Source: an archaeon | GTDB lineage: Archaea > Nanobdellota > Nanobdellia > Woesearchaeales > UBA9642 | DNA length: 64,000 bases | Assembly (NCBI GenBank): GCA_020057295.1 | Contig: JAGVGF010000001.1 | Span: forward strand, 96,001 to 160,000 | Reading direction: 5' to 3' | Part shown: positions 1-10,212 of the stretch, piece by piece | How positions within the stretch are numbered: the first letter of the stretch is position 1 | How the letters are laid out: every line of letters starts with the position of its first letter | Notes under the pieces: model-generated | The model's database searches: none | Told to the model about the DNA's origin: nothing | The model's input: the letters and a program-made list of their open reading frames with translations, nothing else | Translations under genes and position numbers: made by a program

Positions 1-39
1 AGTAAGTAAGCTCATTCAATACTTTTTTTATAATTTACC

Positions 40-249
40 ATGGCAGATGAAGAAGAACTAGTTGATTGTGTAATGGCAGTCGATGAGACACTGTCGGAAG
101 TTGAGGAAGCTCTCGAAGAAAAAAATTATTCTACAGCGTTAAGAAAATTGCGCGAAGCTCGTGAAGCAATAAATGAATTAAGAAGTGATGATGAATCTGA
201 AGAGGATCATCAAGAAGCAGACATGAATGTTGCTAAAAAACTTACGTAA
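40..249 (+). CDS. small acidic helical hypothetical protein (paralog of 390..602)
   Basis: ORF with ATG; aligns by eye with the next ORF (DC...D..L.E.E.A....N...A..KLR..RE.I..LR..D). Confidence 0.7.
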   Translation: MADEEELVDCVMAVDETLSEVEEALEEKNYSTALRKLREAREAINELRSDDESEEDHQEADMNVAKKLT

Positions 250-389
250 GAAGTGAATTCTTAGGCACATGTTCATAACATTTATAAATATAATATACTT
301 TTCTTTATATTAATATACATAAACGTATACTAATATATTTTTATTGTATTTAATTTAGTTATATAAAAATAGAATATTTACAACAGATT

Positions 390-602
390 GTGAAATACAT
401 GAATAAAGAGAATATAATTGATTGCATACTAGAAATAGATGTAGCTCTAGCGGAAATTGAATCGGCGATATTACACCAAAATCATATTTTAGCAATACAC
501 AAATTAAGAAACGTTCGTGAAGTGATAGATGATCTGCGCCAAGAAGATTGTGCAATGGATGATAGAGAAATAGATATGCATATTATGCAAATAATAAGAT
601 AA
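390..602 (+). CDS. small helical hypothetical protein (paralog of 40..249); start probably ATG 399
   Basis: similarity to the upstream ORF. Confidence 0.65.
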   Translation: MKYMNKENIIDCILEIDVALAEIESAILHQNHILAIHKLRNVREVIDDLRQEDCAMDDREIDMHIMQIIR

Positions 603-689
603 TCAATAAACAAGATTAAATATATAAAAAAAGCGTTATTCAATAATTAAAATAATAATATTTTTAAACTCGTATTCTCATAAAGGGTT

Positions 690-842
690 ATGCCTAGCGA
701 TGATGATGATATGGGTATAGCATTAGATGACGATTCAGTAGATGACGAACCGATACCTGCAAGACGCGATACAAGGATATTTCATCGAAAAAAAGAAAAA
801 AACGACAAAGATGATGATTTTGACGAAGATATATTTGTATAA
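690..842 (+). CDS. 50-aa Asp-rich peptide, not in the ORF track
   Basis: read manually: MPSDDDDMGIALDDDSVDDEPIPARRDTRIFHRKKEKNDKDDDFDEDIFV*; less AT-rich than the flanks. Confidence 0.55.
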   Translation: MPSDDDDMGIALDDDSVDDEPIPARRDTRIFHRKKEKNDKDDDFDEDIFV

Positions 843-906
843 GTTCTATTTATAGTATTATAAGGTAATTTTATCTTTATGTGTGAATATTTTCTCGCTT
901 TATTAT

Positions 907-935
907 CACTTCTTCACAAATTATATAAAGAAGTG
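907..935. promoter_or_regulatory. 8-bp inverted repeat flanking a TATA box; putative operator of the trxA operon
   Basis: CACTTCTT-N13-AAGAAGTG with TTATATA inside the spacer. Confidence 0.4.
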
Positions 936-1017
936 TGTTATAACAATCACTAGTGTATGTTAATGCACAACTATTTTGTTATTATACTATTAAAAAGAAT
1001 ATTTTGGAGGGATTTAT

Positions 1018-1353
1018 ATGTTAATGATAGATGATAAAAATTTTAAGAGTGATGTACTAAACAGTAAGACACCTGTACTTGTAGATTTCTATGCAGACTG
1101 GTGTGGACCGTGTAGAATGTTAGGACCGGTATTAGAGGAACTATCTGAGGATAAAGATTTTAATGGTAAATTAAAATTTGCCAAATTAAATACTGAAGAA
1201 CATCCTGAATTAGCAGAACAGTTCAATGTTCAAGGAATACCTTGTTTAATATTTATACAAAATGGTAAAGAAGCTACTAGAGTAGTAGGATTTGCCCCGA
1301 AACCTGTAATGAAAGCTAAAATACAGTCAGCGTTGGACAGTATTAGTAAGTGA
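1018..1353 (+). CDS. trxA: thioredoxin
   Basis: VDFYADWCGPC motif; GGAGG SD. Confidence 0.97.
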   Translation: MLMIDDKNFKSDVLNSKTPVLVDFYADWCGPCRMLGPVLEELSEDKDFNGKLKFAKLNTEEHPELAEQFNVQGIPCLIFIQNGKEATRVVGFAPKPVMKAKIQSALDSISK

Positions 1354-1357
1354 AAAG

Positions 1358-1696
1358 ATGGAATTTGCATGTAAAAACATCGATGTACAAGATATTATAG
1401 CTTGTAGCTTGGGATTGAAAAAATCTGAATATAAAGTATTTGAATTATTGCTAGCAAGTAATCATGTAACAATTAAGGAATTATCAAAAAAATTAGGTCT
1501 TGATAGGACTACATTGCAAAAAGTTCTGAAGAATTTTGTATCTAATGATCTTGTGGATAGATATCAAGAAAATCTTGATAATGGCGGATATATATTTGTT
1601 TATAAAATTAGAGATAAAAGCATTCTTAAAAAAAGAATAAATTCTGCAATTGATAAATGGCATACAACAGCAAGACATGCAGTAGATAAATGGTAA
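1358..1696 (+). CDS. winged-helix transcriptional regulator (TrmB-like)
   Basis: TIKELSKKLGLDRTTLQKVLKNF HTH and GGYIFVY wing. Confidence 0.85.
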   Translation: MEFACKNIDVQDIIACSLGLKKSEYKVFELLLASNHVTIKELSKKLGLDRTTLQKVLKNFVSNDLVDRYQENLDNGGYIFVYKIRDKSILKKRINSAIDKWHTTARHAVDKW

Positions 1697-1749
1697 TAAA
1701 ATAGATTTATTAGAAATTTATGATTTGAAATGTATACTTTTTCGAAAAA

Positions 1750-2373
1750 TCAAATTTTCTTTTTTAACATTTTTCTTTGTTTATGTTCAACAAGATATTC
1801 TTTTTTAGACAATATCCATATCATCGCCACACTAGAACCTAAAAAATTAAAAACTAAATCAAAAGCATTATTCAAATAATCTCCTACACGATCTCCAGCA
1901 TTAAAAAACAATACTGCGCCTAGTTCCATTATCTCATTTATTGCGCCTATTCCTAAAACAATAAAGACCATCAATAAATATAAGACTATCTTATTATAAT
2001 GCATTTTTTCATGTAAATAATTCTTTACCATATCATAAACTGCTAATACTAATATAAAACTGGTTACAAAATGAACAAAATTATCATATTTTACTATATT
2101 TTCTATGAGCCAAGTGTCATAAAGTCTTATTCCATGAATGTATAGATTACCACCTAAGACATGTATCAATTGTGCGAAGCTTAAACCAACAAGGCTTGAG
2201 AATGATAATTGTAGAGTTTTATGATATCTTACTAAAAGTACAAATATAACTAGAACTATAATTCCGTAGTATACAAATTCTTTATTACCTTTAAATAAAC
2301 CATACAAAGCAAAGAATAATAAATATGCTCCGGTGAATATCAAAACAATGTTTAAGCTTTTATCTTTATTCAT
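1750..2373 (-). CDS. multi-pass membrane protein (DUF2238-like)
   Basis: YDNFVHF, GAINEIME and DLVFNFLG motifs; multiple TM helices. Confidence 0.65.
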   Translation of the reverse strand: MNKDKSLNIVLIFTGAYLLFFALYGLFKGNKEFVYYGIIVLVIFVLLVRYHKTLQLSFSSLVGLSFAQLIHVLGGNLYIHGIRLYDTWLIENIVKYDNFVHFVTSFILVLAVYDMVKNYLHEKMHYNKIVLYLLMVFIVLGIGAINEIMELGAVLFFNAGDRVGDYLNNAFDLVFNFLGSSVAMIWILSKKEYLVEHKQRKMLKKKI

Positions 2374-2458
2374 AATATATAATTTGATAAAGTATTTATA
2401 TAGTTAATTCTTTAAGAAAAAATATAAAATATATTTTTAAAATCATTTCAAAATAAAA

Positions 2459-5400
2459 TTATTTTTCTAAGAATTCTTGCGGCAATTCTTTCAAATCTAT
2501 TAGCCTCTGAAATAAGTACAAACGTAATTCTGGAGGCCAACTCTCATCAATTTCTTTCTTATAAGTTTTTAATGCCGCAATAAAATCTTCACGAACGTGT
2601 TTTTTTCCATCAATAATCTCTACAATATGTTCTCTTATCGGAAAAGGTACTCTCTTAAGATTCCAAGCCATAACTTTAAGATCTTCAGATTCTTGATTTT
2701 TTGATTCTTCACGATCCTTTTCTTGTTTTTTCCAAAAAGTATCATAAGTAAATACTGAATCATCTATTTTGGAACGTTCTTCCTTAGTGAACTTTTTACC
2801 TTGCTTTAATGAAATTTTTGCTTTAACCATATCATGCATTCTTCGTAAAAATGCTAATTTATCTTCCATTTTCATTATATCGGTATATCCCATAGTGATT
2901 ATATTAAATGCAAAAGGACTGGGCATGTCTGTATATGTTTCCGTAATGGCTATGCGTTTATGTTCTATAGCTTCTATGACTTTTTCAGAATTTTTGATAT
3001 CCATTAAATCCTCTAATATTTCTCTGCGTGCTTCCTTTAATATCGGAAAATCTTCACTAATCCTCCTAACACTACTAATTAATAATCTTGATGACAATTG
3101 TTGTCTACCAACACTTTTACGCTTACCCATATATGTTCTAAGAATCATCATAGCACGGGTTGCACAATGTCTAAATCTTCTACCTAAAACTTCAGATTTG
3201 TCTAATGACATTTCTGCTACACTACGCAAATCCTTAGCTTTAATAAGGTTAAATGCTCTGGCTGCTTGAATACTATCTTCAGTTAATATGTAAAATCCGT
3301 TATCATTAATATTTATTTCAACATCCTTATGTTGTACTCTAGAAATTACTAATCCTAAAACTCTTGATAATACATCGTTAACCCTTCGACCATATAATGT
3401 ATGAAATATTATATATTTCTTTTTATCTTCTGTAAAATATTCTATAGTAATTCTTTTGTCGTGTGGAATAATTGAATATTCATATTGTTGATGAAAATAT
3501 TCATATATTGCATTAGCACCATATTCATCTACATATAAATATTTATGAATAAAATCCATTAATTCCTCTTTACCAGAATTCTTCTCAAAATGTTCATTCA
3601 TTAATCTTCTAAACTTTTGTATCTCAAGTGATAAATCAAAGGATAATGGTAAAGTTTCTGAAGCCCAACTAGGAACAGTAGGAGGTCTATTAACACTAGT
3701 TTTAACAAACGCAGTCATACCTTGAGCATACATAAATTCATATGTATTTCCTCCTAATACAAACACATCTCCTCTTTTTAATCTTTCTAGAAAATTTTCA
3801 TCAATCTTTCCAATGAATTGTTCATCATCTTTAATACTTGCACCATGAAGTTTTACTTTAATGAATGATTCATCAGGAATTGTTCCTATATTAGTCATGT
3901 ACAGGACTCGAGCCATTTTTCCTTTCTTACCAATCATTCCATTACTTTCATCATACCAAATCTTTGCATAAACATTTCTATCTTCTAAAGAAACATATTG
4001 TCCTGTCAAATATCTTATTACTTCAATAAAATCTTTTCTTGGAAGTGTACGATAACAATAACTTCCTTTAACAATGCCATAAACTTCATCTAGACTTCTA
4101 GATTCTTCAACGGCCATCCCAAATATCTCTTGCGCAAGTACATCTAATGGATTTTCCGGAATATCTACCTTGTCAATCTTATGCTCTATAGCAGCTTTTA
4201 GTAATACTGAACATTCAACTAAATCATCTCTATCTAAAACTATTATTCTGCCTTTAGATATATCATGTAATTTATGTCCACTCCTGCCAATTCTTTGTAG
4301 GGCTCGAGCAACACTTTTGGGACTGCCGAGCAAGATCACTAAATCTATATAACCTATATCTATGCCTAATTCTAGACTTGTTGATGACACTACACATTTT
4401 AATTTTCCTTGTTTTAATCTATTTTCAATGTTTAATCTATGATCTTTGCTTAAACTTGAATGATGAGCACCAATAAATGATCGTGCATCAACGTCAAATT
4501 TTGCACCATCTAAATCTTCATTGCTGCTGCCTTCATCTAGTTTAACATAATTTTTAGGAAATCTATCCTTCAAATGATGTACTACACGTTCTGTAGCACT
4601 TCTAGTATTGGTAAATATTAATGTGGTCTTATGATCCTGAATAAGTTTATCTAATAACTCATACATTTTATCATGCGTAGTCTTAAAATCTGATTCTATA
4701 AGATTTGGCACAGGACTCAAAACTTTGAGATCCATTTTCTTAATATTTTGTACATCAATAATTTTACACGGCCGAAATTTTTCCAATTCAGCATTTTCCA
4801 TTCCAACAAGAAACTGTGCAATTTTTTCTAATGGAGAAACCGTTGCACTTAATCCTATTCGCGTGAACTCACTATTAGGATTTGCTTTTTTAACAAGAGC
4901 ATTTAATCTTTCCATACATACTGATAATTGTGTTCCACGCTTACTACTTGCAATAGCATGTATTTCATCTACTATGACCCATTCTACATTATTTAATTTT
5001 TCTCTGAATTTTGGACTAGTAAGCATTATTCCAAGACTTTCTGGAGTCGTAATAATAATATGAGGAGATTTTTTAAGCATTGAAGATTTTTCCGAAGCCG
5101 TAGTATCACCCGTTCTAATAGCTACCCTTATAGCATCTAATTTATCTGAAGCTCCCTTAACACTTTTTTCAGCAATTTCTCTTAATTCCTTTAACGGCAG
5201 ATTAAGATTCTTTTCAATATCATTAGCCAAAGCCTTTAATGGACTAATATATATACAATAAACTTTATTTTCAATCAAACCTTTACCAGCTAATTGAATT
5301 AATTCATTAAGTATGGCTGTAAACGCAGATAGTGTTTTTCCAGAACCAGTAGGACTACTAATAAGAGTGTTTTCTCTCCTATGAATATTCATTATAGAAA

Positions 5401-5554
5401 ATTTTTGTGGAGGACTAAATTCCTTAAATTTATCTTTAAACCAAGTTCTAACCAATGGACAGAGTACGTTAAATGTTTCATCATCCGAATACGGTTTTGA
5501 CATAAATTCAATCATAGAATCACGACGTGAAAGATATCCTTCTGAGTATATCAA
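2459..5554 (-). CDS. lhr: Lhr-family ATP-dependent SF2 helicase; start probably ATG 5515
   Basis: PTGSGKT, DEIH, SAT, TSLELGIDIG, QRIGRSGH and NIGTIPDE motifs. Confidence 0.93.
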   Translation of the reverse strand: MIYSEGYLSRRDSMIEFMSKPYSDDETFNVLCPLVRTWFKDKFKEFSPPQKFSIMNIHRRENTLISSPTGSGKTLSAFTAILNELIQLAGKGLIENKVYCIYISPLKALANDIEKNLNLPLKELREIAEKSVKGASDKLDAIRVAIRTGDTTASEKSSMLKKSPHIIITTPESLGIMLTSPKFREKLNNVEWVIVDEIHAIASSKRGTQLSVCMERLNALVKKANPNSEFTRIGLSATVSPLEKIAQFLVGMENAELEKFRPCKIIDVQNIKKMDLKVLSPVPNLIESDFKTTHDKMYELLDKLIQDHKTTLIFTNTRSATERVVHHLKDRFPKNYVKLDEGSSNEDLDGAKFDVDARSFIGAHHSSLSKDHRLNIENRLKQGKLKCVVSSTSLELGIDIGYIDLVILLGSPKSVARALQRIGRSGHKLHDISKGRIIVLDRDDLVECSVLLKAAIEHKIDKVDIPENPLDVLAQEIFGMAVEESRSLDEVYGIVKGSYCYRTLPRKDFIEVIRYLTGQYVSLEDRNVYAKIWYDESNGMIGKKGKMARVLYMTNIGTIPDESFIKVKLHGASIKDDEQFIGKIDENFLERLKRGDVFVLGGNTYEFMYAQGMTAFVKTSVNRPPTVPSWASETLPLSFDLSLEIQKFRRLMNEHFEKNSGKEELMDFIHKYLYVDEYGANAIYEYFHQQYEYSIIPHDKRITIEYFTEDKKKYIIFHTLYGRRVNDVLSRVLGLVISRVQHKDVEININDNGFYILTEDSIQAARAFNLIKAKDLRSVAEMSLDKSEVLGRRFRHCATRAMMILRTYMGKRKSVGRQQLSSRLLISSVRRISEDFPILKEARREILEDLMDIKNSEKVIEAIEHKRIAITETYTDMPSPFAFNIITMGYTDIMKMEDKLAFLRRMHDMVKAKISLKQGKKFTKEERSKIDDSVFTYDTFWKKQEKDREESKNQESEDLKVMAWNLKRVPFPIREHIVEIIDGKKHVREDFIAALKTYKKEIDESWPPELRLYLFQRLIDLKELPQEFLEK

Positions 5555-5600
5555 ATTAATTTAAAAGTGTTATGCAAGAATGTCTAGTGCTCAATCTATT

Positions 5601-6350
5601 TTATTTGTAAGATGCGTTTGTATGGATTTGGTTATTTTGCGTATATGCACTTTTTGTTGTTTGATCTACATCTAATTTTTCAAGAGGTGGTGGAGCAAGA
5701 TACCATAAAGTTATAGCTGTAGCCGCACATACGGTTATGAATCCATACGCCATTCTTTTTTTGTATGTTATAGATTTGTTGCTTAACCAATTCTCGAATT
5801 TTTCAAGTTTAGGTCTTAAACGCCTTTTTACTTCTATGTTTAGATATGGAATTTTCATATGTGTTTCTAAATTATTTCTCTTTCTTGATTCTTTGATGGA
5901 TTTTTTTCCAAAAACGTCTTTGAACACATCAACGACATAGAATCCTAACGGCGCGGCTACTAAACTTATGCCGCTGCTCCATAATACTGCAGTCCATATC
6001 TTGTCCGGATCATGCTCGCCTGAAGATAAATAAATACCTATCTTCATCAAAGGTCCAACTATAGCTCCATAAACCATATCAATTGGTATTTTGACATATG
6101 CGGGGCTAGTTGGTTTTTCTCCTAACGCTTTTCCAAAGTATTGCCTTCCTTCAGCTACGAAAGGTAATGTTAGATACAAAAATGCTGCATTTCTAAATCT
6201 AGAATTAAAGTATACTGTATCATTCATTCTTGCCAAATATTTTTCGACGTATGTTGCTGGAGCTATGAAAGAAGAGGTTATAGCTGTCGATTCTGGAATA
6301 TAATCTATTATTTCATCACAGATATATTTAGCTTTACTAAAAAAAGACAT
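5601..6350 (-). CDS. hypothetical membrane protein
   Basis: 249-aa ORF with hydrophobic segments; no recognised motif. Confidence 0.7.
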   Translation of the reverse strand: MSFFSKAKYICDEIIDYIPESTAITSSFIAPATYVEKYLARMNDTVYFNSRFRNAAFLYLTLPFVAEGRQYFGKALGEKPTSPAYVKIPIDMVYGAIVGPLMKIGIYLSSGEHDPDKIWTAVLWSSGISLVAAPLGFYVVDVFKDVFGKKSIKESRKRNNLETHMKIPYLNIEVKRRLRPKLEKFENWLSNKSITYKKRMAYGFITVCAATAITLWYLAPPPLEKLDVDQTTKSAYTQNNQIHTNASYK

Positions 6351-6455
6351 AACTATAGAGTAGTCAAAATATTTATAAAGTTATTGCCATTTGAGCCGCG
6401 AGAACAAATAGACATCATCACCACCTTTTTATATTGCATCAGATTTTTACATTCA

Positions 6456-7208
6456 ATGATAACTTTCTGGGGCATGGTAAATAGAGTAATTAATGATGCA
6501 GATATATTATTATTAGTTCTTGATTCTAGAATGGCTCAAGAAACTAGAAATTTAGAAATTGAAAATAAAGTCAAAGCTTCAGGCAAACCATTAATATATG
6601 TTTTAAACAAATGTGACTTGGTGGACAAACACGTTGTTGAACAGTATAAAAGAACTATTCCTAATTCAATATTTATTTCAGCAACTAAACATTTAGGAAC
6701 TGTAAAATTACGTGAAAAAATTCAAATTGCTGCGAGCAGATTAAAGCTTGACTCAAACGTGAAAGTAGGAGTATTAGGATATCCTAACGTTGGTAAATCC
6801 TCACTGATAAATTCTTTAAAAGGAAGAAGTGCGACAAAAACTAGCAGTATAAGTGGATACACTAAAGGAATACAAAAAGTTAGAACAAGCGGAATAATAT
6901 TATTAGACACTCCTGGAGTCATACCATATCTAGAAAAAGATCAGTTAAAACACAATATTATTGGAACAATAGATCACAATAAAGAAAAAGATCCAGATAT
7001 TGTAGCAATGAAGTTAATGACAGCATTTCCTGGAATTATAGAACAATACTATAATGTATATGTAACTGATGATTTAGAAAAAACACTAGAAAATATTGCA
7101 TTAAAAAGAAAAATGATTATTAAAGGTTCAAAACCAGACATTGAACGAGTATCCAAGATGATATTAAAAGATTGGCAAAGCGGAGATATAACAAGTAAAA
7201 AATATTAG
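6456..7208 (+). CDS. circularly permuted ribosome-biogenesis GTPase (YlqF/RbgA-like)
   Basis: G4 NKCD precedes G1 GYPNVGKSS and G3 DTPG. Confidence 0.92.
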   Translation: MITFWGMVNRVINDADILLLVLDSRMAQETRNLEIENKVKASGKPLIYVLNKCDLVDKHVVEQYKRTIPNSIFISATKHLGTVKLREKIQIAASRLKLDSNVKVGVLGYPNVGKSSLINSLKGRSATKTSSISGYTKGIQKVRTSGIILLDTPGVIPYLEKDQLKHNIIGTIDHNKEKDPDIVAMKLMTAFPGIIEQYYNVYVTDDLEKTLENIALKRKMIIKGSKPDIERVSKMILKDWQSGDITSKKY

Positions 7209-7255
7209 CCAAATTATAATTAATATAGTATAATAGAAGTTAATGGAAATAAATT

Positions 7256-8815
7256 TTATAATTCTAAACTTTCTATTATGATTTTTGAGTCAAATTCTTT
7301 GAGATCATCATAAGTTTGACCTGTTCCTAAATATAGTATTGGCCTTTTTAATATATAAGATACAGATATTGCTGCACCGCCTTTATCATCAACATCGGCT
7401 TTAGCAAGTATTATAGCGTCAATTCCAACTGCTTTATCAAACTCTTTAGCTTGTTCTACACAATCATTGCCTGTAATACTCTCTCCTACAAATATTTTAA
7501 TATCAGGTTTACATACTCTAATAACTTTCTCTAATTCTCTCATTAAATTAGTATTAGAATGTAATCTTCCTGCAGTATCTATCATTACAACATCAATATT
7601 TTTAGCTTCAGCATATTTTATCGCGTCAAATGCAACAGCTGCAGGATCAGAATTATAATCATGTTTAATCATCTTCACATTTAATTTGTTGGCATGCTCT
7701 TCTAATTGCTGTATGGCAGCAGCTCTAAAAGTATCCGAAGCAGCCCATACAACAGTCAATCCTTCTTTCTGGAATTTATGTGTTAATTTAGCAATACTGG
7801 TTGTTTTTCCTGCACCATTAACACCTATAATTGTAATTATATAAGGTTGCTTTGATTTACGTTTATCCTTAATTCTACTTATTAAATCAATTTTTTCAAC
7901 ATCAAATAATTCTATAACAGATTGTTTTAATGTAGATAATATTAATTCTTCAACACCTTTTCTAGAAACTTTACCATTCATTAATTCTTTTTTTAAATCT
8001 CTCTTAATTTTTTCAATAACTTCTACAGCAACATTATTTTCTAACATCACAACTTCTAAATCCCAAAATAATTCTTCAAACTTCTCTTCAGTAATATTTA
8101 TTTTAGTGAATGTTTCAGTGATTTTTGTAAAGAACCCTCTCTTTTCTTCTTCTGCAGGTTTGTCTACAGTTTTCTTTGAACGTTCCTCTTCAAGTATTTT
8201 ATATCTAGGAACAGCAACAACCGGTTCGATCTTTGGTTCTTTTTTAGTGATTTCTTGTGGTTTGACTTTACTTTCTAAAACATTTTCTTTAACTATGTGC
8301 AATTCCTCGCGTGGATGTTCATGAACGTGTTCTTCATGATGATGTTTGTGTAAATCATTATGCGTATGAGAATGCAAATTATCGTGACTGTGTTCATGAT
8401 CATTTATGTGAGAATGTTCATGACCTTGTGTGTGAGTGTGCGGTTCTGGTTTATACTCGGGAACTTCAATAACTTTATTTAATACGATTTTCTTAGAACT
8501 TTCAACAGGTTTAATTTTAGGTTTATGTTCAGATAGTTTAATAGTGTGTTCTGCACGGTCTAATAATTCCTCTTTATCCTCAATAATATCTTCTGTTTCT
8601 TTTTTGCCAAAAATTTTAGAAAAAAATCCTCTCTTTTCTTCTTTCTTATCTACAACCGGTATCTGTTCTTTTTTAATCTCTTTTCTCTTTTCCGAAATTA
8701 ATTCTGATTTCTTTTCTATTAAAACTTCTTTTTTTTCTATAACTGCATCTTTCTCAACTTCTTTAGTTAATTTTCCTAGTGCACCTTTTAATTTATCTTT
8801 TAGAAATCCGAACAT
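7256..8815 (-). CDS. ftsY: SRP receptor FtsY with a long His-rich N-terminal region
   Basis: GVNGAGKTT, DTFRAAA, DTAGR and KAD..DKGG motifs. Confidence 0.96.
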   Translation of the reverse strand: MFGFLKDKLKGALGKLTKEVEKDAVIEKKEVLIEKKSELISEKRKEIKKEQIPVVDKKEEKRGFFSKIFGKKETEDIIEDKEELLDRAEHTIKLSEHKPKIKPVESSKKIVLNKVIEVPEYKPEPHTHTQGHEHSHINDHEHSHDNLHSHTHNDLHKHHHEEHVHEHPREELHIVKENVLESKVKPQEITKKEPKIEPVVAVPRYKILEEERSKKTVDKPAEEEKRGFFTKITETFTKINITEEKFEELFWDLEVVMLENNVAVEVIEKIKRDLKKELMNGKVSRKGVEELILSTLKQSVIELFDVEKIDLISRIKDKRKSKQPYIITIIGVNGAGKTTSIAKLTHKFQKEGLTVVWAASDTFRAAAIQQLEEHANKLNVKMIKHDYNSDPAAVAFDAIKYAEAKNIDVVMIDTAGRLHSNTNLMRELEKVIRVCKPDIKIFVGESITGNDCVEQAKEFDKAVGIDAIILAKADVDDKGGAAISVSYILKRPILYLGTGQTYDDLKEFDSKIIIESLEL

Positions 8816-8827
8816 TTTAACTCATAC

Positions 8828-9199
8828 TTACTCCTGCAATCCTTGCGCTTTTTCAATGAATTTTTGTAATTGTGAAAGTACTTCTTCTTTATATTTCTCA
8901 ATATCTTTAGCTTGTACTTCCATCATAGTAATAGTATCTTTAATATTCTTTTCTACAGCCACATTGCTTCCAATATTTATTTTTAACGACTTATTATCAA
9001 CTAATTTGGCTTTAGCAAATATTCCACTAGCAATTGGAAATAATATTTCATCATTAGCTTTTAATTTGTCAAAATCTTTTAATGCGTCCACAGTATTATT
9101 TATCTCTAATAATTGATTATCTATACTTTCTATAACCTTCTGCAATTGTTTAATCTGATAATCTATCATTTGCATCTGTTGATATTTTTCTTGATCCAT
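8828..9199 (-). CDS. pfdA: prefoldin alpha subunit
   Basis: coiled coil - beta hairpins (ILFPIASGIF, INIGSNVAVEK) - coiled coil; adjacent to ftsY. Confidence 0.9.
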   Translation of the reverse strand: MDQEKYQQMQMIDYQIKQLQKVIESIDNQLLEINNTVDALKDFDKLKANDEILFPIASGIFAKAKLVDNKSLKINIGSNVAVEKNIKDTITMMEVQAKDIEKYKEEVLSQLQKFIEKAQGLQE

Positions 9200-9239
9200 A
9201 TTATCCTCCTAAAATATATTAAAATTAATTATAAATATA

Positions 9240-10163
9240 TTAATTAAATAGTGCGCTTACTGAACGATTATTATGAACATTATTTATTACATCTGATAAA
9301 AATCTTGCCATATTAATAACTTTAATTTTACTCAATGAACCCTTATAAGGAATCGTGTTACTTACAATTACCTCTTTAGCCATACTATTCTGTAATCTTT
9401 CGTCACATCCATTGCTAAATACGGGATGTGTAGCGCAAATATAAACTTCCTTAGCTGTTTTAGCTATAACATCAGCAGCATTGGCTATACTATTGCCTGT
9501 ATCTATAATATCATCAACAATTATTGCAGTTTTTCCATCTATGTCTCCAACAACATTAACAACTTCAGCTTCATTATGTCCTGTTCTTCTTTTATCAATA
9601 ATTGCTATAGGCATGTTTAATCTCTTAGCTAAAATTCTTGCACGTTTTACACCACCAGTATCTGGACTAACAACAACACCATCAACAATATTTTTGTTTT
9701 TAAAATATTCTGAAAATAATGGTATAGCACTTACTTCATCAACAGGAATATTAAAAAATCCTTGTATCTGCGGTGCATGTAAATCTATTGTTAATACCCT
9801 ATTTGCTCCGGCAATTGTTAACATATCAGCAACTAATTTAGAAGTGATTGGTTCTCTTGCTTCTGTTTTTCTGTCTTGTCTAGCATATCCATAATAAGTA
9901 ACTACAGCAGTAATTCTTCCAGCACTGGATCTTTTTAAGGCGTCAATCAATATTAATAATTCCATTAATGAATCATTAACACTGTGGCAAATGCTTTGAA
10001 TTACAAAAATATCGTCTCCTCTAACATTTTCTGAAACCTGAATATATATTTCTCCATCTTTAAATCTGGTAATTGTTCTCTTTGTTAATGGAATACCCAA
10101 ATGTTTAGAAATATCCTCCGCCAACGGAGTATTACTTGTACCTGATATCAATCGTAGCTTCAT
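9240..10163 (-). CDS. prs: ribose-phosphate pyrophosphokinase
   Basis: YARQDRK, DLHAPQIQGFF and VDDIIDTG motifs. Confidence 0.96.
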   Translation of the reverse strand: MKLRLISGTSNTPLAEDISKHLGIPLTKRTITRFKDGEIYIQVSENVRGDDIFVIQSICHSVNDSLMELLILIDALKRSSAGRITAVVTYYGYARQDRKTEAREPITSKLVADMLTIAGANRVLTIDLHAPQIQGFFNIPVDEVSAIPLFSEYFKNKNIVDGVVVSPDTGGVKRARILAKRLNMPIAIIDKRRTGHNEAEVVNVVGDIDGKTAIIVDDIIDTGNSIANAADVIAKTAKEVYICATHPVFSNGCDERLQNSMAKEVIVSNTIPYKGSLSKIKVINMARFLSDVINNVHNNRSVSALFN

Positions 10164-10212
10164 CGTTAAACCCCCGAATAATTGTTTCGATAAACTAATA
10201 TTAGTCTTATAA

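Noticed and set aside
2769-9116. Long antisense ORFs such as 2769..3269 and 8436..9116 (similarly 36945..37484 and 46622..47194)
   Set aside because: They are shadows of well-supported genes on the opposite strand, with Ser/Phe/Leu-rich composition and no motifs.
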